DNA from: an uncultured Verrucomicrobiae bacterium
GTDB lineage: Bacteria > Verrucomicrobiota > Verrucomicrobiia > Palsa-1439
DNA length: 64,000 bases
NCBI GenBank assembly: GCA_963812605.1
Contig: CAWEWF010000005.1
Coordinates: 128,001-192,000 of the forward strand
Reading direction: 5' to 3'
Numbering within the stretch: the stretch's first letter is position 1; each line of letters opens with the position of its first letter. The translations under genes were made by a program, and so were the position numbers. The notes below the pieces were generated by a model. It was not told the DNA's origin, ran no database searches, and was given only the letters and a program-made list of their open reading frames with translations. Below are positions 20,303 to 30,794 of the stretch, in pieces.

Positions 20303-20475
20303 GCATGAAATTATAGCACCAGCGGCCTTAGTCTTCAATATAAGCCTCAAGGATTTGAAGTTGTCGATTTGAAGGTTGGTAATCATTGCAGCCTACGATC
20401 GTTATCAAACCGTGAGGCATTCGTCACACCAAACGAAAGTCGCGCCCGTTTTCGCCTTTCCTTATGCTCAAGATT

Positions 20476-21579
20476 TCAAAACCCCACGATCACATCCTTG
20501 CCATAGGTCAGCCCGCCAACTTCAGCGGCCAGCTTGATGATCGTTTTCTTGAGTACGTTGTTGAGATTCGTCGAGACAAGCCAGCCACCCGGTAACGTTT
20601 CGTGAAACTCGCGGAGGTCGGGGCGGTCGGGATAAAGTTCTTCCGGCTTGCGGGCGATGTAGCGGCGTTTGCGGCCTTGGGCATCGGGGTGCTGGGAACA
20701 GCGTTCGAGGAACGTGGGATCGTCCTTGGCGAGTTCGCGGAGGACGATGACCATGGCGTCCTTGGCGTTGTGGTATGGGTACGCTTTGCCGCGAAGGATA
20801 AGTTTGCCGGTGCGCGTGGTTTCGCCATCGGTGCGCGACGCGGCCGGGCGATTGGTTGCCGAACTACTTGGGGCGGTGGTTCTGTCGCGAGATGTATCGA
20901 CAATAACCGATCGGCCCAGTTCGGCAAGGAACTCGGCGACATCGTTGTCGTCAGGCCGGACACCAGCCTTGGATTCGACGGTGCTGGCGAGCATGTCTAC
21001 CAAGTCTTCGTTACCCTTCTCGACAAGTTCGCGCCACGCCTCTGGAATGGCGGCGCAAGCTTGGGTGCGGCGGTTGCGGCTGCGGTATTCTTTGCGGGCC
21101 ACTTCGAGAGCTTCTCCGGATACGACTCGTTCACGCGCCAGATACCTCCGTAGGATTTCGGCGGCCTCGGCGGGTGGGCGCTCAAAGAGATCGAGCTTGT
21201 ACACACGCCGGTCTTCGTAGCTGCCTTGTTCCGTTGGCAAATAGAAGCTCCAAGTTCTGCCGTCGGTCAGTACGATGACTGGCACGCCGGTGTGAAAGGC
21301 GTATTCGAGAGCTTGGCGAACGCCGTCCTCGGCCTTGCCAGGCGGTTTGACTTCAATGAACTCTGCGGGCTTGGAAGGCGGATGGCAAAGGGCAAAGTCG
21401 GCGCGGCCTTCACCCGTCTGGAACTCGGGCCAGACCGAGGTGGTGTTGTAGATGTCCCAGCCCAACTCCTGTAACACACGCAAGACGATGCCTTGGGAGA
21501 CGGCCTGCTCGTTTGGAAACGGACCTTGGCGCAGGCGAGCAACGATGTCGGTGAGTGTTGTTTCAAGGGACACGACCAT
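20476..21579 (-). CDS. HsdR-N-like PD-(D/E)xK endonuclease with C-terminal SeqA-like domain
   Basis: NEQAV...VL..LGWD, PEF..GEGRADFAL, FIEVK, QALEYA, LTDGRTWSFY; C-terminal GRKRRYIA...GWLVSTNLN. Confidence 0.75.
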   Translation of the reverse strand: MVVSLETTLTDIVARLRQGPFPNEQAVSQGIVLRVLQELGWDIYNTTSVWPEFQTGEGRADFALCHPPSKPAEFIEVKPPGKAEDGVRQALEYAFHTGVPVIVLTDGRTWSFYLPTEQGSYEDRRVYKLDLFERPPAEAAEILRRYLARERVVSGEALEVARKEYRSRNRRTQACAAIPEAWRELVEKGNEDLVDMLASTVESKAGVRPDDNDVAEFLAELGRSVIVDTSRDRTTAPSSSATNRPAASRTDGETTRTGKLILRGKAYPYHNAKDAMVIVLRELAKDDPTFLERCSQHPDAQGRKRRYIARKPEELYPDRPDLREFHETLPGGWLVSTNLNNVLKKTIIKLAAEVGGLTYGKDVIVGF

Positions 21580-21848
21580 GCCCAGTCATATAGACGCTCT
21601 GGAACAGAGCTGGCAAGCAAATCCAGCGGCATATAACGAAGTTGGTTGGCTTCGGAAGCAAATGGCGTCACCACTGTATTCGTTGAAGAACTTGCCTTTA
21701 TTGCCGTAAACCTTTCCATCAGCAACAATCCGGCATCCCGCCCCACTTCGCATTCTTCGTGTCTGCTTCGTGCAATTCGTGGTGCCGCGTCGCCGGTGTT
21801 GACAGCGCCACTGTTATCGGGCGATACAGCGGGGGAGATTCGTTTCTG

Positions 21849-22800
21849 ATGACATTCAAGGTGGTCACAATTGTTTTTGCTTTGGGGATCGGGCTGGTCC
21901 TGTTCACGTCTTCGCGCGCCAGCGCGGCTACGGCGAACTGGGAGGATGCGTTGGGACAGTTCGATGAATCAGTGCTGACGAACCTCGATTTGTTCGCGTT
22001 GCCTTCGTTGACGAATCTCGACGAGGCGCAATTGCAGGCGATGTGTCGCGAGTTGCAGAAGCGGTTCCAGGGCCAGTACGTCATGGAACTCGCCCCGTTG
22101 CGGGAAGTGGCGAGCGCGACGTTGCCGCTCCTGGATCAGCACGCGGAAACGCAGCCGTATGCGGCCTGGTTGCGCACCCGGCTCGATTACCTCGCGGTGG
22201 CCGACACCCTGAAGATCGCCATTCCACCACCGAATCTGGAATTGCGACCGTCGCCAACACCGAAATCCCGGGCCGATCGTGGAACGCCGCGCCTGGGAAA
22301 AACGCCTGCAATTGGAGGATTTGCCGTCGGGCGCTCTGATCTACGTCGCGCAACTCAAGCCGATCTTCGTGGCGGAAGGCGTTCCTCCCGAATTGGTCTG
22401 GCTGGCGGAAGTGGAATCGGGGTTCGACACGCTGGCGCGAAGTCCGATTGGCGCGGCGGGTTTGTTCCAGCTAATGCCGGAAACCGCGAAGTCGCTGGGG
22501 CTGGCGTTGTTCCCGTGGGACCAGCGTCTCCAACCCGAAAGAAACGGGCGCGCCGCCGCGCGGTATTTGAAGAATCAGTACAATGAATTCGGCGATTGGC
22601 GGTTGGCCCTCGCGGCTTACAATGCGGGGGAGGGCACCGTGAGCCGCCTCCTGGCAAAGTACGCGGCGCGCAGCTACGACGAGATTGCAGTACACCTTCC
22701 GGCCGAGACCCAGATGTATGTTCCCAAAGTCGAAGCCACGATCCTGCGGCGCGAAGGCATTGTCTTGGAGAAGTTAAAACCGCCCCAATCCGAACGGTGA
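21849..22800 (+). CDS. Lytic transglycosylase (SLT domain), 1 frameshift
   Basis: LAEVESGF...RSPIGAAGLFQLMPETA, FGDWRLALAAYNAGEG, LPAETQMYVPK; signal peptide in the upstream frame. Confidence 0.9.
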
Positions 22801-22865
22801 CGAGGCGCGTGCGCCAATAGTTGTGTAACAATCATCCCTTTACAATCGGATTGCTTGCAGTCGAT

Positions 22866-22963
22866 CCCCTCACCTTCATCCTCTCCCCCGGAGGGGAGAG
22901 GAAAGCACTATGCCATTTTCATGGTACCCCCTCTCCCCTTGAGGGAGAGGGTAGGGTGAGGGG
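22866..22963. repeat. Bipartite inverted REP-like element between convergent genes
   Basis: CCCCTCACCTTCATCCTCTCCCCCGGAGGGGAGAGG ... CCCCTCTCCCCTTGAGGGAGAGGGTAGGGTGAGGGG. Confidence 0.85.
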
Positions 22964-23011
22964 TGTCGTCGTTTCTCAGCGCGACTGTAAAGTCACAACT
23001 GTTACAGAACT

Positions 23012-23471
23012 CTAATGCGCCGTCGTACCCGGCTTCTTCGGCCGGCCTGAATCGGTAAGCGCCTTGACGAGAGGCTGGCCGCCGGGAGCTGGGACGAACA
23101 TGATTTCCACCTGGTCGCCATTGCGCAGGTCGCTGACGGTTGCCTTGGGCTTGCCGACGACCGTGATCGTGGAGTTCTTGTCGATCCGGAAAGTTTTCGT
23201 GACGTACTGAATCATTTTCTGGCTGCTCGTGCCGCCGCTCTGCGTGCCCGGAAGAGGGGACCTCAGGCTTCGGGCCGCGAACGGTCACCGTGCCCTGCAT
23301 TCCATCCGAATCCGCGCTTTGGACGAGGCCGGTGAACATCGCCGGCTCGGCACCCACCGGTGATGAATTCGGCGCAGGCGGCTGGCGCATGATGGTTTGC
23401 GCGCGGACCGGCAATGCGATCAACAGCGCAATGGCCAGGGCGGTAAGTGTCGTCGTAGAAATATTCTTCAT
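23012..23471 (-). CDS. Secreted hypothetical protein (1 frameshift)
   Basis: RBS AGGAGG, signal peptide; continues in 23012-23215 frame (ATVSDLRNGDQVEI, OB-fold-like). Confidence 0.65.
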
Positions 23472-23689
23472 ATTGTCATCCCTCCTGCCGGACGCCGATC
23501 ACAAAAACACCAAGCTTGTGCAAAAGTAGCGCAGGCTCTACCCTCCGTCGATACTCGTCGATGGAGACGATGTCAAGAAGCGATGGACGCGAGCGTAGTT
23601 GCAGTCTCGCATTGACATGAGGGCGAGGATTTGAGATGGCGGTGCGCGCAGCCAGCCTTCTAAAACGAAGAGGAATCGCGGGAGATTTG

Positions 23690-24721
23690 ATGAAGAGATA
23701 CAAACGGGCGGGTGACATCAAAGTGGGCGTCGTCGGTTACGGCGGCGCGTTTAACATGGGCCGGGCGCATCTGCAGGAAATGCAGAAGGCGGGCATGACC
23801 CCGACGGCCGTGGCCGAGATCGATCCCGCGCGTCTTGCCGTCGCCACCCGGGATTTCCGGGACATCGAGACGTATTCATCCCTCTCCGCGATGCTCAAGA
23901 AATCGGCGGTGGATCTCGTCACCGTCATCACGCCGCACAATACGCACGCTCCGCTCGCGCTTCGCGCCCTGAAAGCGGGACGGCACGTGGTTTGCGAAAA
24001 GCCGATGGCGATCACCACCGCGGAATGCGACGCGATGATTGCGGCCGCAAAAAAAAGCGGCGTCGTGCTCTCCACGTATCACAATCGCCATTGGGACGGC
24101 CCGATTCGGAACGCCGTCCAGCATCTCCGTTCCGGCCTGATCGGCGACGTGGTGCGCGTCGAGGCCCATTGGGGTTCCCGCAGCAAACCCGGCGATTGGT
24201 GGCGCACCAGCAAGTCGATCTCCGGCGGCATCCTCTACGATTGGGGTGTGCACCTGCTGGAATACAGCCTCCAGATTATCCGCTCGAACATCGTCGAGGT
24301 CACGGGCTACGCCCAGAACGGTTACTGGGCCCCGCAAACGAAATGGAAAAAGGATGCCAACGAGGATGAGGCGTTCGCCAGTGTGCGCTTTCGCGATGGC
24401 CAGTGGCTGACGCTGTTGATTTCCACGCTCGAATCGAATCCCCGCCGCGGCTTCCTCGATATCACTGGTACTGAAGGCTCGTACGTGCTCGACTGGACGT
24501 TCAACGAATGCTTCCGTCAGAACGGCGGCGACACGAAGATCCGGAGGTTCCGGAATCCCCCGGGCGAAGGCTGGCGCTTTTACCAGAATATCGCCGACCA
24601 CCTCACCAAAGGCGCCCAATTGGTCATCACCCCCGAATGGGCCCGCCGCCCCATCCATATTCTCGAGTTGGCTGGTCAAAGCGCGCGCAAGCGCACGGCG
24701 CTCCCCGCAAAGTACAAGTGA
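23690..24721 (+). CDS. Gfo/Idh/MocA family oxidoreductase
   Basis: VGVVGYG, TPHNTH, HVVCEKP, HNRHWD, GGILYDWGVH. Confidence 0.93.
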   Translation: MKRYKRAGDIKVGVVGYGGAFNMGRAHLQEMQKAGMTPTAVAEIDPARLAVATRDFRDIETYSSLSAMLKKSAVDLVTVITPHNTHAPLALRALKAGRHVVCEKPMAITTAECDAMIAAAKKSGVVLSTYHNRHWDGPIRNAVQHLRSGLIGDVVRVEAHWGSRSKPGDWWRTSKSISGGILYDWGVHLLEYSLQIIRSNIVEVTGYAQNGYWAPQTKWKKDANEDEAFASVRFRDGQWLTLLISTLESNPRRGFLDITGTEGSYVLDWTFNECFRQNGGDTKIRRFRNPPGEGWRFYQNIADHLTKGAQLVITPEWARRPIHILELAGQSARKRTALPAKYK

Positions 24722-24886
24722 TAGCGGCTGGCCTGCTTCACCTATACCGCAGATGGTGAAGCGGTTGGCACGGTAAATTGGCGTTTTCCCGCGCCTTGAT
24801 GGCAGCCCTCATTTTTCTCTTTTCAATGCACCGGGGGTTCTGTAGCCTCTCCGCGACCCACCCGTATCAGGAGGATTAAGTAGCTT

Positions 24887-27475
24887 ATGATGACAGCAAT
24901 GAATCGTGCTATGAATCGAATTACCAAGGGCAATTCGCGCCTCAAGGTGTTCATCACCTTGACGATGTGTGTGCTCACCCTGCTGGCGGCGAATTGGGCG
25001 CGGGCCCAAGAGAAAGCCACTGCATTGCTGGAAACGGCGGCGGGCCAGGTTCCCAAGGAATTCCACTTCTTCGCCTTCATGACCAGCAGCGACTATTCGC
25101 AAATGGAAAAGTATGCGCTCTGGGCTGTGCTCTGCGTGGCGTTCGCCGGATTGGGCTACGCCCTCATGCTCGTGGGGCAGGTCAAGAATGCCGACCAGGG
25201 CACCCCGAAGATGCAGAAGGTGGCCGCGGCCATTCGCGCGGGTGCCGAAGCGTACCTCGGCCAGCAGTTCCGCAAGATTGTCGTGTTGATTGTGATCCTG
25301 ACGGTCGTGCTGTTTTTGACGGCGTTGAGCGAACCGATGCCGGTGGCGGTGGGGCGCGCGGTCGCGTTTCTGATCGGATCGCTCTTTAGTTTCACGGTGG
25401 GTTTCGTGGGCATGCGTTTTGCCACCCTCGGAAATTTACGGGTGGCGGCGGCGGCCCGGACTTCGTTCGGGGGGGCGCTGCAGGTCGGGTACCGCACCGG
25501 CACGATTACCGGCATGTTGACGGACGGCCTGGGGCTGCTCGGCGGCACATTGATTTTCATGGCGTACGGCGACCACGCGTATGAAGTCCTGCTGGGTTTC
25601 GGTTTTGGCGGCACGTTGATCGCGCTGTTCATGCGTGTCGGCGGCGGTATCTACACGAAGGCGGCGGACGTGGGCGCGGATCTCGTCGGCAAGGTTGAGA
25701 AGGACATTCCGGAAGACGACCCGCGCAATGCGGCGACCATCGCCGACAACGTCGGCGACAATGTCGGCGACTGCGCCGGTATGGCGGCGGACATTTTTGA
25801 GTCGTACGAAGTCACCATCGTGGCCGCGATGATTCTCGGCTACGCCTCCTTTGGCCACAAGGGGGTAATCTTTCCGCTCTTGGTGCGCGCCATCGGCGTC
25901 ATCGGCTCGATTATCAGCACCTACAGCGTGCGCTCGAAGGAAGGTGATTCGGGTGACGCGGCGCTGGATTCAGTCCATCGCGGTTTCTTGATCGGCTCGG
26001 TGATCAGTGTCGTGGGTTTCTTTCTGGTCGGGTTGTTTTATCTGCGATTCGACGCGCACTATCTGTTGCAGTACCCACAAGCAGCGGCGGGATACCCGGG
26101 TGGCGTGAACGCGCTGCCGGGCTGGATCAACTTCGGACAGCCCGGTTTGGATTTGCGGCCCGCGTGGACCTGCTTGATCGGTGTATTTTTGGCGGTGGCG
26201 CTGAACAAGTGCACCAGCTACTTCACGCACACCACGCACGCCCCGGTCAAGTCCATGGTCAAAGCCTGCCAGACGGGTCACGCGACCAATATCATCCAGG
26301 GGTTTGCGGTGGGTTATGAATCCACCGTGTGGGCGGTCATCATCATCGCGATCGCAATTGGCGCCTCGGTCGGTATTTACTCCGGCACGTCACCAATCTT
26401 CGTGGCGTACGGCGTGGCCATGTGCGGCATCGGCATGTTGACGCTCACCGGCAATACGATCTCGATGGACGTATTTGGTCCCGTGGCCGACAACGCCAAC
26501 GGCATCGGTGAAATGGGTTATGACAAGACCGAGATGGGCGAGCAGAAATACAAGCAGGCCCGACAGATCCTGGCCGACCTCGACTCGGTTGGCAACACCA
26601 CCAAAGCGGAGACCAAAGGCATCGCCATCGGCTCGGCGGTGATCGCGGCCGTGTCGCTCTTTGCGAGTTTCATCGCCGTCATGGCGATGGGCAGCGAAGA
26701 GCGAATCAGCGAAATGACCACCGCGCAATACAACAACGTGGCCGGCATGCTCACGGTTGCCAATCCAACGTTGTTCATCGGCTTGCTGCTCGGTGGCGCG
26801 GTGCCGTTCCTGTTCAGTTCGATGACGATTCGCGCCGTCGGGCGCGCGGCGTTTCTCATCGTGAAAGAATGTCGTCTGCAATTCCGCGACAAGGAAATCT
26901 GGGCCGGAACGAAGACGCCGGATTACGCTCGCGTCGTCGGCATTTGCACCACGGCGGCGCAGAAGGAACTGATCGGCCCCGGTTTGCTGGCGATCATGGC
27001 GCCCTTGGCGGTGGGCTTCCTGCTCGGTCCGCTGGCGCTGGCCGGCTTCCTGGCGGGCATGATTCTCGTCGGACAATTGCTGGCCGTGTTCATGGCCAAT
27101 GCCGGTGGCGCCTGGGACAACGCGAAGAAGTTGATCGAAGACGAGCCGCGCGATCTTGCCAAGAATACGGGCAAAGGCTCCGAACGTCACAAGGCAGCGG
27201 TCACCGGCGACACAGTCGGCGATCCGCTGAAGGACACCGCCGGCCCGGCCATCAATCCGCTCATCAAGGTCATGAACATGGTGAGCTTGCTGCTCTTGCC
27301 GCTCGTGCTCAAGTTCCACGCCGTCCCCGGCGTGGAAGGCACGGGACAAAAGCCTTTTGCGATTGCGGTCGTCATTGCCGTGTTGGCCCTGTCGGCCATC
27401 GCATGGGCCGTGAACAAGTCCAAGACCGACTCGCCGGAAATGGCGGAGATGGAAAAGGAATTCGAAACCGCCTAG
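24887..27475 (+). CDS. hppA: Membrane-bound H+-translocating pyrophosphatase, K+-independent type
   Basis: GGIYTKAADVGADLVGKVE, EDDPRN..IADNVGDNVGD, GNTTKA (Lys = K+-independent), GGAWDNAKK, GDTVGDPLKDTAGP. Confidence 0.96.
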   Translation: MMTAMNRAMNRITKGNSRLKVFITLTMCVLTLLAANWARAQEKATALLETAAGQVPKEFHFFAFMTSSDYSQMEKYALWAVLCVAFAGLGYALMLVGQVKNADQGTPKMQKVAAAIRAGAEAYLGQQFRKIVVLIVILTVVLFLTALSEPMPVAVGRAVAFLIGSLFSFTVGFVGMRFATLGNLRVAAAARTSFGGALQVGYRTGTITGMLTDGLGLLGGTLIFMAYGDHAYEVLLGFGFGGTLIALFMRVGGGIYTKAADVGADLVGKVEKDIPEDDPRNAATIADNVGDNVGDCAGMAADIFESYEVTIVAAMILGYASFGHKGVIFPLLVRAIGVIGSIISTYSVRSKEGDSGDAALDSVHRGFLIGSVISVVGFFLVGLFYLRFDAHYLLQYPQAAAGYPGGVNALPGWINFGQPGLDLRPAWTCLIGVFLAVALNKCTSYFTHTTHAPVKSMVKACQTGHATNIIQGFAVGYESTVWAVIIIAIAIGASVGIYSGTSPIFVAYGVAMCGIGMLTLTGNTISMDVFGPVADNANGIGEMGYDKTEMGEQKYKQARQILADLDSVGNTTKAETKGIAIGSAVIAAVSLFASFIAVMAMGSEERISEMTTAQYNNVAGMLTVANPTLFIGLLLGGAVPFLFSSMTIRAVGRAAFLIVKECRLQFRDKEIWAGTKTPDYARVVGICTTAAQKELIGPGLLAIMAPLAVGFLLGPLALAGFLAGMILVGQLLAVFMANAGGAWDNAKKLIEDEPRDLAKNTGKGSERHKAAVTGDTVGDPLKDTAGPAINPLIKVMNMVSLLLLPLVLKFHAVPGVEGTGQKPFAIAVVIAVLALSAIAWAVNKSKTDSPEMAEMEKEFETA

Positions 27476-27497
27476 GGAATTTCAAGCAGTTTGAGCA

Positions 27498-27529
27498 GGG
27501 GCGCGGCGATACCGCGCCCCTTTTCTTTT
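27498..27529 (+). terminator. Intrinsic terminator after hppA
   Basis: GGGGCGCGG-cgata-CCGCGCCCC followed by TTTTCTTTT. Confidence 0.85.
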
Positions 27530-27575
27530 GCGGAGGAGATTGCGCGTCCGTGCCCGCCTGCGGTATGCTCACATC

Positions 27576-28244
27576 ATGCATCGCACACAGGCCGCGCTTC
27601 TTGTTTTTTTGATGATCACGCTGTTGGGTGCCGGCTGCGCCAGCGGGCCTTCGCCGCGACGAAGTGGCTACGAAGGCGGGTCGCGCCCGATTGCCTGGGA
27701 CAGGCTGCCATTCCCGAAGGACTCGGACTGGCCCGGCTCGAAGGGCGAGCCGGCGACCATTGAGGCCGACACGCTGGTACTCCAGGGACAACAAGTGCGC
27801 GCCAACCGAACGTACCAGCTCCCGCTGACCATCGATTTTGACGTTGAGGTCGCTAAAGGCGCTGTTCCCGACGGTGGATTCCTTTTTGAGTTTGCACCCA
27901 CGAACTCACCCGCCGACGTAAATTTGCCTTTGGGGACCACGCTAGGTCTTAGCTACCGCACTCCGACAGCAGCGTCAGTCGGAAGTTCCGGGGCATTGTT
28001 GGTCTACGTGAAGGATAGTCCAGCGCCCGCCCGGGCCGTCTGGGGTCCGGTTCCTTTCGCCTGCGAGGAAGGGCAGTTCCATCACTTCCACATCGAAGCT
28101 CGAGTCGATGGATTAAGCATTGCCACCGACCACCAGGGAGCCGAGCAGATAGCGGTTACAATCCCTTACGGCAAGCTCTTGATCCAAATGCACGGCTGGA
28201 AGCCGCCGAGCCGTTGGCTCGTGCGCAATTTCACGATCCACTGA
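27576..28244 (+). CDS. Hypothetical lipoprotein (beta-sandwich-like)
   Basis: Lipobox LGAGC; no recognised family. Confidence 0.6.
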   Translation: MHRTQAALLVFLMITLLGAGCASGPSPRRSGYEGGSRPIAWDRLPFPKDSDWPGSKGEPATIEADTLVLQGQQVRANRTYQLPLTIDFDVEVAKGAVPDGGFLFEFAPTNSPADVNLPLGTTLGLSYRTPTAASVGSSGALLVYVKDSPAPARAVWGPVPFACEEGQFHHFHIEARVDGLSIATDHQGAEQIAVTIPYGKLLIQMHGWKPPSRWLVRNFTIH

Positions 28245-28288
28245 GCCGGGGACTTGACCGCGATGCGCGGCTCGCCGATGATGGGCGG

Positions 28289-29083
28289 ATGCGCGTCACG
28301 TTTTTGGGCACTGGTACAAGCCATGGCATTCCGATGATCGGGTGCGACTGCGTCGTCTGCCGTTCCGATAATCCGCGCAATCACCGTTTGCGGCCCTCCG
28401 TCTACATCGAGAATGGCGACCAGTGTCTGCTCGTGGATGCCGCGCCGGATTTTCGCACGCAGGCGTTGCGCGCGAACATTCGGCGGGTCGATGCGGTGCT
28501 GATGACGCACACGCATGCTGATCATGTCCTGGGGCTTGATGACTTGCGCGTGTTCTGCCAGCGCACCGGACGAAAAATGCCCGTCTACGGTTCACCGCAT
28601 TCCATCGAAGTGATCCGAAAAATGTTTTCCTACGCCTGCACAGAAACGCCCGCGTGGCCGGGTTTGCCGAGTTTTGAATTGCACACGCTGCAGCCCAATG
28701 AGCAAAAGGAGATTGCGGGAGCGCAGGTTCGCGTGCTGCCGCTTCAGCATGGGGGGATGACGGTCTATGGTTTTCTGTTCGGTCGCGATTTGGCCTACGT
28801 GACGGACTGCAACGAGGTACCCAGCGACGTGATCGAGGCCGTGCACGGTGTGACGGTGCTGGTGCTCGATGCGTTGCGGCATCGCCCGCACCCGACGCAC
28901 CTGACGATTGATCAGGCGCGCGAGGTGGCGGGGCAGGTGGGCGCGAAGTTGACGCTGTTCACGCACCTGTGCCATGAGGCGGAGCATGAAGCCGTCGAGA
29001 AAGAGCTGCCGCCGCAGGTGCGCGTGGCCTACGATGAAATGCAAATCGAGGTGGCCGATGGCGAAGCGCGTCAGTTGGCTTGA
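28289..29083 (+). CDS. MBL-fold metallo-hydrolase (PhnP/YycJ-like)
   Basis: FLGTGTSHGIPMIGCDC..C, THTHADHVLGLDDLR, AYVTDC, HPTH. Confidence 0.92.
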   Translation: MRVTFLGTGTSHGIPMIGCDCVVCRSDNPRNHRLRPSVYIENGDQCLLVDAAPDFRTQALRANIRRVDAVLMTHTHADHVLGLDDLRVFCQRTGRKMPVYGSPHSIEVIRKMFSYACTETPAWPGLPSFELHTLQPNEQKEIAGAQVRVLPLQHGGMTVYGFLFGRDLAYVTDCNEVPSDVIEAVHGVTVLVLDALRHRPHPTHLTIDQAREVAGQVGAKLTLFTHLCHEAEHEAVEKELPPQVRVAYDEMQIEVADGEARQLA

Positions 29084-30737
29084 AATCGGACTGTGGTTCG
29101 CGGTGTTTGTGGCGCTGGTCCTGCCCTTCGTCGCGCGCGCGGATGACCTGGCAAAGCGCGTGGTGATTGTCTACAACACGGACGACCCGGAGAGCAAACC
29201 ACTCGCGGATTACTATGCCCGCAAACGCGGCGTGCCAACCAACCAGATTTGCGGGATCAGCATTCGTGTCGGGGAAACAATCTCGCGCCAGGAGTTCAAT
29301 GACAAAGTTCGCGATCCGATCTGGCGCTTCCTTACTCACGAAGGGTTTCTCCGGCAGGAGCCGGGAACGGTCATGGACCCGGTGCTCGGCAAGGTTCCCT
29401 CGTTGGTCACCGTCAACGCGCGCGTGTCGTATCTTGTGCTGATGTATGGCATGCCGTTGCGGATCGAGAAGGGTCCTCCTATTCGCGAGAATGGTGTCGA
29501 TAAAGCGCCGACACCCTATCAGCGGGACGAAGCCTCTGTTGAAAGCGAACTCGCCACCCTGCCCTCGACAGGCCTGCCGATCGCGGGACCGCTTCGCAAT
29601 CCATTCTTTGGCAGCACCCAGGCGGAATTCGGGCCGCCATTGAACAAGGCGATGCTGCTGGTCGGCCGCCTCGATGGGCCCGACCCCCAGACTGTGCGGC
29701 GGATGATCGACGATGCCTTGACCGCCGAGCATTATGGATTGCAGGGGCGCGCCTATTTCGATGCGCAGGGCACACACGACCCGGGCTACGCAATAGGCGA
29801 CGATTGGATCCGGAACGCCTGGCACGCTTTTCAAGAAGCGGGATACGAGTGTGATTACGACGAGCGTCCCGAGACCTTCCCGCAAGATTACCCGATGACG
29901 GACGTGGCGGTGTACGCGGGCTGGTACTCGCCGGACATGGTGGGGCCATTTCTCCGGCCCGATTTCCATTTCCAACCCGGCGCGATCGCTTATCATATTC
30001 ATTCGTGGAGTGGCTGGACGGTGCGGACGCGCACCGCGGCCTGGGTTGGGCCGCTCTTGTCGAAGGGGGCGGCGGCGACGATGGGCAATGTGTACGAGCC
30101 GTACCTAACGCTCACACCGCACATCGATATGTTTTTCAAGCGGCTCCTGGCCGGCGCGCCGTTTCTGGAGGCCGCTTACTACAGCGAGGCGGCGTTGAGC
30201 TGGCAGACGACGTTCGAGGGCGACCCGCTCTATCGGCCCTTTGCCGCTTCGCTGGACGAGCAGATTCAGCGGCTGGAGGCCGACCACAAACCGGAGGTTG
30301 AATGGGCCTACTTGCGAAGGATCAACTTGCTGCTCGCGCAAAATGGGACCACGGAGGCGGAGGAGCTTTGTCGCGACAAAGCCGAAGAATTGCGCAGTGC
30401 GGTGCTTTACGAAAAGTTAGGTGACATACTGCACGCCGCGCGCCGCGAACGGGAGGCCATCGAGGCTTACGGCAAGGCGGACGAGAAGCCCGCCGATCCG
30501 TACCGCGATATTCGGGTGGCCACAAAAATGGCGGCGGCGTATATCGCGCGCAAGGAGACAGCGCAGGCGTTGGCCATTTACGAGAGACTGGGCAACGCCT
30601 ATCCGAGCCACCACAATGTGGCCGAGTTCTACCAGCGCGCGCGCGACCTGGCGCGGGCGCTGGGGGACGAAATGAAGGCAAAAACCTGGCAGGCGAAAAT
30701 CGACCAGTTGCCACCCGCCCCGCCAGAAAAGAAGTGA
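29058..30737 (+). CDS. TIGR03790-family protein with C-terminal TPR-like region
   Basis: VVIVYN...S..LADYYARKRGVP, ASVESEL, LVGRLDGP, YAGWYS, GAIAYHIHS, GAAATMGNVYEPYL, GDPLYRPF. Confidence 0.85.
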   Translation: MAKRVSWLEIGLWFAVFVALVLPFVARADDLAKRVVIVYNTDDPESKPLADYYARKRGVPTNQICGISIRVGETISRQEFNDKVRDPIWRFLTHEGFLRQEPGTVMDPVLGKVPSLVTVNARVSYLVLMYGMPLRIEKGPPIRENGVDKAPTPYQRDEASVESELATLPSTGLPIAGPLRNPFFGSTQAEFGPPLNKAMLLVGRLDGPDPQTVRRMIDDALTAEHYGLQGRAYFDAQGTHDPGYAIGDDWIRNAWHAFQEAGYECDYDERPETFPQDYPMTDVAVYAGWYSPDMVGPFLRPDFHFQPGAIAYHIHSWSGWTVRTRTAAWVGPLLSKGAAATMGNVYEPYLTLTPHIDMFFKRLLAGAPFLEAAYYSEAALSWQTTFEGDPLYRPFAASLDEQIQRLEADHKPEVEWAYLRRINLLLAQNGTTEAEELCRDKAEELRSAVLYEKLGDILHAARREREAIEAYGKADEKPADPYRDIRVATKMAAAYIARKETAQALAIYERLGNAYPSHHNVAEFYQRARDLARALGDEMKAKTWQAKIDQLPPAPPEKK

Positions 30738-30794
30738 CAACCCCGCGCGCCTTTGCTATCAAGGGATGCAAGGAATCGGCAGAGGCCAATATCG

